Shown piece by piece: positions 19,661 to 27,708 of a DNA stretch of 64,000 bases. The stretch lies in the NCBI GenBank assembly GCA_033763905.1, contig JANRJP010000102.1:32001-96000 (forward strand), in the 5' to 3' direction. Source of the stretch: Gemmatimonadaceae bacterium. Its GTDB lineage: Bacteria; Gemmatimonadota; Gemmatimonadetes; Gemmatimonadales; Gemmatimonadaceae. Both the position numbers and the translations under genes were made by a program. The first letter of the stretch is position 1. Every line of letters begins with the position of its first letter. The notes beneath the pieces were generated by a model. The model did not search any database and was not told where the DNA came from. It saw only the letters and a program-made list of their open reading frames with translations.

Positions 19661-22402
19661 GTGTCCACCGCCGTGCCTGTCGCTCTCTCGTCCGCTCGCG
19701 ATCGCGACGCGCTGCGCAGCTTTGCGCGGCGCATCGATCCGTCGGATGCGGGCGCGCACAACAACCTCGGCGTCCTGTACTACAACAAGGGCCTGCACGA
19801 AGAGGCGGTGGCGGCGTTCACGCGCGCGCTCGAGCTCGACCCCAAGATGGAAGTGGCGCGTCGGAATCTCGAAGTCGCCTACTTCCGCACGGGCTATTTC
19901 GATCGGCGCGTGGGCGAACTGCGCGAGCGCCTGCGCGCCGTGCCGACCGATCGGGAATCGCGGTTCGAGCTGGGCCGCGCGCACGCCTTCGCGGGCCAGT
20001 ATCCGCAGGCGGTCAGCGAGTTCAAGACGCTGCTGCAGCACTTTCCGGATGACCTGGCGGCGATCCTGCAGCTGGCGCTGGCCGAGAAGAGCTCGGGCGA
20101 TCTCGAAGATGCCGCGCGCTGGCTGGAGCAGGCCGCGCGACTCGACCCCGACAGCCCGCTGGTGCACTTCTATCGCGGCGAAGTCGCCTACAACCGCGGG
20201 CTCAATGAAGACGCCCTCGCGGCGCTGGAACGGGCGATCGCGCTGAATCCGGAGCTGGCCGACGCGCACTACCTGATGGCCTTCGTGCTCGGCGACATCG
20301 GACGACACGACGACGCCCGCGGCGCCACCAAGCGCGCGATTCAACTGAATCCGTCGCTGTCGCGCGCGCAGGCGAATCTGTCGCTCGACAAGTACAACGC
20401 GGCGCGGTACGAGGAACTCCTGCCCGGCGCCGCCGAGCGCAAGTCGCAGCAGTTGATGGCGGTGTCCGAGGAGGGCCAGCTGGCGCACTACTCGCTGGGC
20501 ATCGCGTACCGGCAAAAGGGGTACTGGGCCGACGCGCTGCGCGAGTACCGGATGGCGCTTGATCGGGGCGAGGATCGCGACCTCGTCGAGCAGGCGATGG
20601 CCGAAGTGCATCTGCTGCAGCGCGATGTGTCGGGCGCCGTCGCGCTGTACGATGTGCTGATCGGCCGTCGGCCCGAATCGCCGAAGCTCTGGAACGAGCG
20701 GGGCGTCGCGCTGCATCAGGACGGCCGATTCGCCGAGGCGCTCGAGAGCTACGATCGCGCCGTGGCCGCGGATGACGCGTACGTGCTCGCGTGGAACAAC
20801 CTCGGCGTGGCCCGCTACCACGCCAATGACGTCGACGGCGCGGTCGATGCCTTCCGGCGTGCCTTGGATGTGGCGCCCACCTTTGCGAAGTCGCGGCTCA
20901 ACCTCGCGCTGCTGCTGTTCAAGGGCAAGCGACTGCAGTTGGCGCTGGAAGCGTATCGCAAGGTGATCGAGGCCGAGCCCGAAGAGCCCACCGCGTGGAA
21001 CGGCATTGGCCTCGTGCTGGCCGAACTCAAGCGCTTCGAGGAAGCGCGGGCCGCGTTTGCCCGAGCAATCCAGGCGCGGCCGACGTATGCCGAGGCGCAC
21101 TACAACCTCAGCTTTACACTGTCGAACCTCGGCGACTTCGAGGGCGCGTTGCGCGAAACCAAGCGCGCGCTCGAACTCGACCCGTACTACGTCGCGCAGA
21201 AGTTCGAGTTGTCGATCGACCTGCAGCACGAGGAGCCGGATCTCTCGATCGCGCCGGATCTGGGCGGGGAGAAGCGGGTCAGCGGTGCCGTGGACGATTT
21301 CGCCTTCGATCCGGCACTGCTCGACGCGGTGTTCACGCGGCTGAACACGCCGTCGAGCCAGCCGATGACCGCCGTCCCGTCGGGTGAAGGCGAGCCGCTC
21401 TCGTACGCGCTGGCACGCGACTACCTGTCGAAGCGACTCGGTGATCGCGCGGCCGCGGAAGCCACGCGCATCTTGGCGCGGGGTGGTGCACAGGCGGAAG
21501 GCCTCACGATCGTCGCCGACTCCTACGCGCAGCGCTCGGCCTACGGCGAGGCGGTGGAACGCTATCGCGAAGCGCTGCGCGCCGACCTCGAGTACGTGCC
21601 GGCGCTCCGTGGCTTGACGTCCTCGTTGATCGCGATGGGCCGCGGTGCGGATGCGCGCCCCGTGGCCGAGCAGCTGGCGCAGCGCGTCCCCGACGATGTC
21701 GACGCGCTGGTGCTGGTGGCCGAGACGCGTTCGGCCGCGGGTGATCGGGTCGCGGCGTTGGCTGCGCTCGACGGCGCGCGCCGCCGTGCGCCGGCCCGGG
21801 CCGACATTCACAAGCGTATCGGCGATGTGCTGGAAGCCTCGGGCGACACCGACGGGGCGCTGGCGGTCTTTCGACTGGCGACGCAACTCGAACCGAGCTT
21901 TGCCGCCGTGCGGACGAGCCTGGGCCGTCTGCTGGCCCTGCGTGGCGACCGCGACGCGGCGGCGAGCGAGTTTTGCGCGGCGCTGGAGGCGGTGCCGACG
22001 TATGGTGCCGCGGCGATCGGACTGGCCGGCGTCCGGCGCGGGCAAGGGCGTGATCGCGAGGCGATGGACGTGCTGATCGCGCTCCTCGAGACGGATCCCT
22101 CGCACCTCGGGGCGCTGGTCGCCCTGGGCGAACTGTTGCTCGCGCAGGGGCGGAGCGCCGATGCCGCGTTTGCGTTCCGCCGCGTGCTGACGTTCGACCC
22201 GGCACATCCCGCCGCGCTGTTCTACTGGGGCTCGCTGCTGGCGGCGCAGCATCGCTGGCGCGAGGCCCGCGAGACCTGGTCGCGCGCGGCGGCCGTGAAT
22301 CCGACGGGCGAATGGGGACAGCGCGCCGCGCGCGAAGCGCGCAGCGCCGAGGATTTAGCGCACGTGTACGCGACGGCGGGAGGTGGCGTCGATGCCCATT
22401 GA
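19661..22402 (+). CDS. Large cytoplasmic multi-TPR protein (913 aa)
   Basis: Many 34-aa repeats such as AHNNLGVLYYNKG...ALELDP and AWNNLGVARY; no signal peptide seen. Confidence 0.9.
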   Translation: MSTAVPVALSSARDRDALRSFARRIDPSDAGAHNNLGVLYYNKGLHEEAVAAFTRALELDPKMEVARRNLEVAYFRTGYFDRRVGELRERLRAVPTDRESRFELGRAHAFAGQYPQAVSEFKTLLQHFPDDLAAILQLALAEKSSGDLEDAARWLEQAARLDPDSPLVHFYRGEVAYNRGLNEDALAALERAIALNPELADAHYLMAFVLGDIGRHDDARGATKRAIQLNPSLSRAQANLSLDKYNAARYEELLPGAAERKSQQLMAVSEEGQLAHYSLGIAYRQKGYWADALREYRMALDRGEDRDLVEQAMAEVHLLQRDVSGAVALYDVLIGRRPESPKLWNERGVALHQDGRFAEALESYDRAVAADDAYVLAWNNLGVARYHANDVDGAVDAFRRALDVAPTFAKSRLNLALLLFKGKRLQLALEAYRKVIEAEPEEPTAWNGIGLVLAELKRFEEARAAFARAIQARPTYAEAHYNLSFTLSNLGDFEGALRETKRALELDPYYVAQKFELSIDLQHEEPDLSIAPDLGGEKRVSGAVDDFAFDPALLDAVFTRLNTPSSQPMTAVPSGEGEPLSYALARDYLSKRLGDRAAAEATRILARGGAQAEGLTIVADSYAQRSAYGEAVERYREALRADLEYVPALRGLTSSLIAMGRGADARPVAEQLAQRVPDDVDALVLVAETRSAAGDRVAALAALDGARRRAPARADIHKRIGDVLEASGDTDGALAVFRLATQLEPSFAAVRTSLGRLLALRGDRDAAASEFCAALEAVPTYGAAAIGLAGVRRGQGRDREAMDVLIALLETDPSHLGALVALGELLLAQGRSADAAFAFRRVLTFDPAHPAALFYWGSLLAAQHRWREARETWSRAAAVNPTGEWGQRAAREARSAEDLAHVYATAGGGVDAH

Positions 22403-23540
22403 AGGCCCGCTGCGCGAGCTTGGCATCCACGATGTCTTCCAGTTGCTCGACCTGAGCCGGAAGACCGGGATGCTGCACGTCGCGTCGGAACTCCGCGACA
22501 ACGAAGGCGACGTCTGGTTCTCGCAGGGCAAGGTCGTGTGGGCGTCGATCCGCTCGAATCCGCATCCGCTTGGCGCGATGCTCGTGAAAAGCGGCAAGGT
22601 GTCCGAGGCCGATCTGCAACGCGCGCTGGCGGTGCAGGCGGATCGCGGCGACGGGCGGCGCTTTGGCGAGATTCTCGTCGATCTCGGCGTGTTGACCCAG
22701 CGCGAGCTCGAGAAAGTCGTGCGACTGCAAGTCGAAGAGGTGGTCTTCGAGCTGATGTCCTGGCGCGAGGGCTTCTTCTCGTTCTCCGATCGCGATGTGT
22801 CCGAAGTTCCGGCGGCTGCCGTGCTCCGCATCTCGACCGAGTCGCTGCTGATGGAAGGCGCGCGACGCATCGACGAATGGTCGCGCATTGCCGACAAAGT
22901 CCCGAATCTCGCGGTGATTCCCGTCATCGCGCCGGCGGACGACGGCCACCCCACCCAGCTCGACCTGCTGCCACTCGAGTGGGAAATGCTGACGCTCATC
23001 GACGGCGAGACCGATCTGCGCGGCATTGCGACGACGCTCGCGCGAAGCGACTTCGACGTCGCCCGCATTGCCTACGGCCTCGTGTCGACCGGGGTGATCG
23101 AGCTGCGGCAGCCGGATCGCGTGAGTACCCGCGCGATGTTGCCAGTCGAGGATCCCACGGTGCACCTGGTCGCGTCGGCCGAGGCGCTGGCGCGCCGCGA
23201 CGGACAGGCGGCGTTGTCGGCGGCGCGCGCGGCGCAGGCGGCGGACCCGACGTCGGCAATGGGCCGCGTTGCCGCGGCGCGTGCGCTGCGGTTCCTGGGC
23301 CGCGCCACTGAAGCGCACGAGGAGTTGCGCCGGGCCGCGGCGCTCGCGCCCAACGATGCGACGGTCTCGTACGAACTCGCGTGGGCCGCTGCCGGCCGCG
23401 GCGAACTCGACGAAGCGCTCGAGCGCTGGGATCGCTGGATCCTGTCGCATCAGACCGACCCGTCCGCGGAGCGCGTTCGCGCGGCGATCGACACGACGCG
23501 GCGCCTCCGGGCGCTGCTGGAGGCCCACGCCGGTGTCTGA
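22392..23540 (+). CDS. DUF4388 (PATAN-like) domain protein with degenerate MshEN-like motifs and C-terminal TPRs
   Basis: IEGPLRELGIHDVFQLLDLSRKTGML, WREGFFSF, ESLLMEGARRIDEW. Confidence 0.82.
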   Translation: MPIEGPLRELGIHDVFQLLDLSRKTGMLHVASELRDNEGDVWFSQGKVVWASIRSNPHPLGAMLVKSGKVSEADLQRALAVQADRGDGRRFGEILVDLGVLTQRELEKVVRLQVEEVVFELMSWREGFFSFSDRDVSEVPAAAVLRISTESLLMEGARRIDEWSRIADKVPNLAVIPVIAPADDGHPTQLDLLPLEWEMLTLIDGETDLRGIATTLARSDFDVARIAYGLVSTGVIELRQPDRVSTRAMLPVEDPTVHLVASAEALARRDGQAALSAARAAQAADPTSAMGRVAAARALRFLGRATEAHEELRRAAALAPNDATVSYELAWAAAGRGELDEALERWDRWILSHQTDPSAERVRAAIDTTRRLRALLEAHAGV

Positions 23541-24372
23541 CGAAATCGCCGCCCTCTCGGCCGCGCTCGCCGCCGACCCGAACAGCATCGTCTTCCTCGA
23601 ACTAGGGGAGGCGTTGCGGCAGCGCGGGCAGATCGATGCCGCATTCACCATTGCCCGTCGCGGGCTGGAGCGACATCCGCACGCCGCGGATGCCCACGAT
23701 CTGCTCGCGCGATTGCACGCAGATCGGGGCGATCTCGAGTCGGCATTCGACGAGTGGGATATGGTCGCGCGTCTCTCGCCGGGTCACCCCGGGTCGCTCA
23801 AGGGGATGGGCTACGTGCGCTTCCAGCAGGGGCGACTCTCCGAGGCGGAGCAGTATCTGGCCGCGGCGGCAGCGGTGGATCCCGCCGATGACCGCAACCT
23901 GTCGGCGCTCGCCTACGTGCGCGCGCAGCGGGCGGCGTCGCAGGCCGGATCGTCGGTGCTGGCCAAGGATCCAACCGAGGTGGCCACGCCGCACGTGGCG
24001 GTGGACCCGGCGCGAGCACTGTTTGCCGACATCACGGCGGATGGGGCGGGCATCGTCATCCTTATCGGAGCCGACGGTCTGGTGCTGGCCGGGGAGTCGG
24101 TGACGCACGAAGGGCGCGATGTCGCGGCCGAAGTCGGAGCGGCGATGAGTGGCGTCGGCGAAGAAGCGAGTCGTTCGATGCGGCATCTCGGGCTCGGCCA
24201 GTGGACGAGCATCGTCTTCGAGACCGAGCGCGCGACGGTGGCGCTGTCGCCGGCGCCGGAGCAGGGGCTCGTACTCGTCGCGGCCGCGCGCACCTCGCCG
24301 CTCGGCTTCGTGCGCAAGATGCTCGAGCGGGCAGGGCAGGCCGCGGCGCGCTTCGTCGGAGGTGCTGGATGA
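23533..24372 (+). CDS. TPR + Roadblock/LC7 domain protein
   Basis: N-terminal TPRs (FLELGEALRQRG); C-terminal ILIGADGLVLA...LGLGQWTSIVFE...PLGFVR. Confidence 0.8.
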   Translation: MSDEIAALSAALAADPNSIVFLELGEALRQRGQIDAAFTIARRGLERHPHAADAHDLLARLHADRGDLESAFDEWDMVARLSPGHPGSLKGMGYVRFQQGRLSEAEQYLAAAAAVDPADDRNLSALAYVRAQRAASQAGSSVLAKDPTEVATPHVAVDPARALFADITADGAGIVILIGADGLVLAGESVTHEGRDVAAEVGAAMSGVGEEASRSMRHLGLGQWTSIVFETERATVALSPAPEQGLVLVAAARTSPLGFVRKMLERAGQAAARFVGGAG

Positions 24373-24713
24373 GCGCCTTTCAGAGCACGTTGGCCGCGCT
24401 GATCCGTCAGCGCGGCGTGACCGGCGCCCTCATCGTGAGTGAGCGCGACGGGATCGTGGTCGATCAGGCCGTCCAGGTCGGGGTGCGCTCCGAAGTGGTC
24501 GCGGCGCTGGCGGCCTCGCTCTATCGGCGCGCGCGTCTGGCGGCGGAGGCCGCCGGGTTCGGCGATACGGGCTTCCTGCAACTCGATGCCGAGCAGGGGC
24601 GCGTGTGTGCGCTCGGCCGCGGGGATCTCGTGATCGTGGTGGTGACGGAGCCGGCGGCGAACATCGGGCTCGTGCGGGTCGAGATGATCAAGGGGCTGGA
24701 GGCGCTGCCGTGA
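24369..24713 (+). CDS. Roadblock/LC7 domain protein (MglC-like)
   Basis: GVTGALIVSERDGIVV...ANIGLVRVEM; 114 aa. Confidence 0.85.
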   Translation: MSAFQSTLAALIRQRGVTGALIVSERDGIVVDQAVQVGVRSEVVAALAASLYRRARLAAEAAGFGDTGFLQLDAEQGRVCALGRGDLVIVVVTEPAANIGLVRVEMIKGLEALP

Positions 24714-25180
24714 TCGTCAAGGTCACCGAAGCCTGGGCCGAGGCGCCGCTCAAGGCGTTCATCGACGAGTCGCGCGTGCTGCTCGCGCTCCTGCTGCATC
24801 CGAGCGGACAGGTCGTGGGGCAGTCGGGGTTCTCGAAGGCGATGGACGTGATGAGTGCCTGTGCGCTGGCCGCGGCGATTCACGCCTCCTCGGCGGAGCT
24901 CGGGCGCCAACTCGACGGCAAGCCGTTCGGCGTGCTGCACTATGCCGGCCTGCAGAAGCAGCTGTTTCTCGCGCCGGTGGACACGCCGGCCGGCACCCTG
25001 CTGCTGCTTGCCGTCTTCGACGACGCCGCGTCGCTGGGACTGGTGCAGCTCTACTTCGGGGAGTTCCGGGGACGACTCGCGGCGGCGGCGCCGCGCGACG
25101 CCGATACCGGGCCCGTGCTCAACGAGCAGTTCGAGCGCGAACTCAACCGCAACCTCGCAACGCTCTTCGGGCGGGCCTGA
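24710..25180 (+). CDS. mglB: MglB-like Roadblock protein (putative GAP)
   Basis: ALAAAIHASSAELGRQL, VFDDAASLGLVQL, C-terminal amphipathic helix; directly upstream of mglA. Confidence 0.75.
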   Translation: MIVKVTEAWAEAPLKAFIDESRVLLALLLHPSGQVVGQSGFSKAMDVMSACALAAAIHASSAELGRQLDGKPFGVLHYAGLQKQLFLAPVDTPAGTLLLLAVFDDAASLGLVQLYFGEFRGRLAAAAPRDADTGPVLNEQFERELNRNLATLFGRA

Positions 25181-25183
25181 GTC

Positions 25184-25786
25184 GTGTCCATCGTCAACTA
25201 CGCAACGCGCGAAATCACCTGCAAGATCGTGTACTACGGACCGGGCCGGTCCGGGAAGACCACGAATCTGCACTACATCTACCAGCAGGTGCCGTCCGAT
25301 CGCAAAGGCACGATGGTCTCGCTGGCGACGCAGACCGACCGGACGCTGTTCTTCGACTTTCTCCCGCTCGACCTGGGCAGCATCTCGGGCTTCACCACGA
25401 AGTTCCAACTCTACACGGTGCCCGGGCAGGTGTACTACCAGACCACCCGCAAGCTGGTGCTGCAGGGGGCGGATGGCGTGGTCTTCGTCGCCGACTCGCA
25501 GCGGCGGCAGTTCGCCGAGACGGTCGAGTCGTTTCAGGACCTGCACGCGAACCTCGCGGAGCACGGGCTCGATGCGCGGGCGGTGCCGCTGGTGATCCAG
25601 TACAACAAGCGCGATCTGCCGACCGAGCTCATTCATCCGGTGGCGGAGTTGCGCGACGCGATCAACTTCCGCGACGTGCCCGATTTCGAAGCCGATGCCC
25701 TGCACGGCGTCGGGGTGTTCGAGACGCTGCGCGGCATCTCGGAGTTGGTGCTGCGCAAGCTCAGTACGGGGACGGATCGGCGATGA
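25184..25786 (+). CDS. mglA: MglA small Ras-like GTPase
   Basis: REITCKIVYYGPGRSGKTTNL, TDRTLFFDFLP, LYTVPGQV, YNKRD; closely resembles Myxococcus MglA. Confidence 0.95.
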   Translation: MSIVNYATREITCKIVYYGPGRSGKTTNLHYIYQQVPSDRKGTMVSLATQTDRTLFFDFLPLDLGSISGFTTKFQLYTVPGQVYYQTTRKLVLQGADGVVFVADSQRRQFAETVESFQDLHANLAEHGLDARAVPLVIQYNKRDLPTELIHPVAELRDAINFRDVPDFEADALHGVGVFETLRGISELVLRKLSTGTDRR

Positions 25787-27708
25787 GTGGCGTCAGCGGA
25801 TTCCGCTTCGACAATTTCGTCGTCGGGCCGGCGAATCGACTGGCCGTCGCCGCCGCGCGCGCCGTCGCCGAGGGACCGGGCTCGGTGTACAACCCGCTGG
25901 TCATCTACGGCGGCTCGGGGCTGGGCAAGACGCATCTGCTCGGCGCCATCGGGGCGCACGCCACGCACTTGTCGCCCGAGCTGCAGGTCGAGTCGCTGGC
26001 CACCGAGGAGCTGGTGCGCCGCCTCTCCGAGGCGATCGCCACCGGGCAACTCGATGCCTTGACGGCGGCCTTGCAGCGCTCCGACATCCTGCTGCTGGAC
26101 GACGTGCAGTTCCTCACCGGACATCCCGAGACACAGCAAGTGCTGCTGCGGCTGTTCAACCAGCTGCAGGGCGCCGGCAAGCAGATCGTGCTCACGAGCG
26201 ACCGGCCGCCGCAGGACATTCCCGACGTCGACGAACGCCTGGTGACCCGGCTCGCGGGCGGGCTGACGGTCGATGTCGCGTCGCCAGACTTCGAGACGCG
26301 GGTGGCGATTCTCGACGCCAAGTGCCGCGAACGCAGCGTCACCTTGTCGCGGACGCAGCTCGAACAGCTCGCCCAGCGCGACGTCTCGAGTGTGCGTGAG
26401 TTGCAGGGGATGCTCAACCGGATGGTCGCCGAACGGGAGCTGCTCGATCCCGGCGCGACCGCGCGGCCGCTCACGCCCGCGGTGGCACCGCCGGCGTCGG
26501 TGCCCGTGCCGGCCGACGCGCAGTCGATGCGCCCCACCGGCGAGTTCGACAACTTCGTCTCGCGACTCACGGTGGCGGTGCAACGCCACGTCGAGCCGCC
26601 CTGGCGGACCAAGCTGACGGAAGCGGCGGCGCAGTATCGTCGCGAGGGCTGGGCGGTCGGCGTGATCGAGCGCGCGGCGGCGCTGCCGGATGCGCCGGAC
26701 GTCGACGGACTGCTCGGGATGTTCGCGCAGGCCGTGGAGCACCTGCGCCACTTGGAACGGCAGGCGCTCGCGATCGACCCGACGCTCGGCAATCAGCCGT
26801 ACTTCCGGGATGTCGAGCGCGTGCGCGAAGCCGAGACGATCGTCGATCGCCTGCTGGCCGCGACCGCGCCGCCGCCGCAGCCGGATCGGCAGTACACCCG
26901 CGAATCGCTCGCCATCGGCAACGCCAATCAACTGGCGTTGCGCGCCGCCGATGTCGTCGTGGCCGAGCCGGCGACGCGTTATAACCCGTTGGTGATCGTC
27001 GGGGCGGCCGGGACCGGGAAGACGCATCTCCTGCACGCGCTCGCGAATGCGCTCGCGGATCCCGATGGCCCGCACCGGCGCGTGGCCTGCACCACGGCGA
27101 GCGCCTTCAGCGAGGAGCTCATTCTGGCCCTGCGTGACGATACGGTCGATCGCTGGCGGGCGCGCTACCGCTCGGCGGACGTGCTGTGCCTCGACGGCGT
27201 ACACTTCCTCGCGGGCAAGCAGCGGTCGCAGGAAGAGCTCTTTCATCTCTTGAACGCGGCGAAGGAGTTCGGCAAGCAGGTCATCGTGACGAGCGAAGCC
27301 GCACCGCGGGATCTGCCGCGGCTCGAGGAGCGCATCCGCACGCGGCTGGAAGAAGGCCTGGTGGTGGAGCTGCAGCGCCCCGATGCCGCCCTGCGCGCCA
27401 AGCTCGCGACGCACTTCTTCCAGCTGCTGGGCGATGACCCGGAACCGGAAGTGATTGCGGCGATTGCCGACAAGGAGGGGCGCTCGGCGGCGGAGCTGCG
27501 CGACATCGTGGCCAGGGTGCACCGCACCGCGACCGAGGCCGGTGTGAGTGTCGGTCCCGCACTCGTCCATCGGGTGCTCGATCCCGGCCAGTCGTCGGCG
27601 CGCCCCGACCTGCCGACCGACGCGACGGATCGCTTCTTCGTGAATCCCGAGAAGGTGATCTGGGAGTGGCCCGATGCCGGGGCCCGGTTGATCGAGGAGC
27701 TGCGCTGA
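25783..27708 (+). CDS. Tandem DnaA/Hda-family AAA+ domain protein lacking DnaA domains I and IV
   Basis: Two copies of YNPL..G..G.GKTHLL; first with LLLDD and VRELQG, second with LCLDG and SAAEL. Confidence 0.88.
   Translation: MSGVSGFRFDNFVVGPANRLAVAAARAVAEGPGSVYNPLVIYGGSGLGKTHLLGAIGAHATHLSPELQVESLATEELVRRLSEAIATGQLDALTAALQRSDILLLDDVQFLTGHPETQQVLLRLFNQLQGAGKQIVLTSDRPPQDIPDVDERLVTRLAGGLTVDVASPDFETRVAILDAKCRERSVTLSRTQLEQLAQRDVSSVRELQGMLNRMVAERELLDPGATARPLTPAVAPPASVPVPADAQSMRPTGEFDNFVSRLTVAVQRHVEPPWRTKLTEAAAQYRREGWAVGVIERAAALPDAPDVDGLLGMFAQAVEHLRHLERQALAIDPTLGNQPYFRDVERVREAETIVDRLLAATAPPPQPDRQYTRESLAIGNANQLALRAADVVVAEPATRYNPLVIVGAAGTGKTHLLHALANALADPDGPHRRVACTTASAFSEELILALRDDTVDRWRARYRSADVLCLDGVHFLAGKQRSQEELFHLLNAAKEFGKQVIVTSEAAPRDLPRLEERIRTRLEEGLVVELQRPDAALRAKLATHFFQLLGDDPEPEVIAAIADKEGRSAAELRDIVARVHRTATEAGVSVGPALVHRVLDPGQSSARPDLPTDATDRFFVNPEKVIWEWPDAGARLIEELR

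Noticed and set aside
17045..22252. Very long minus-strand ORFs (818 aa at 17045-19501, 916 aa at 19502-22252) and similar ones elsewhere (e.g. 52951-55122, 35100-37199)
   Set aside because: Antisense shadows of well-supported + strand genes, expected in high-GC DNA; no recognisable motifs
19661..22402. Repeated DNA-level patterns as CRISPR or tandem repeats
   Set aside because: They are degenerate protein-level TPR repeats within an ORF; no identical repeat-spacer array or cas genes in the window
25783..27708. Calling this gene the chromosomal initiator dnaA
   Set aside because: No domain I or domain IV HTH, duplicated ATPase domain, and no dnaN/recF/gyrB context
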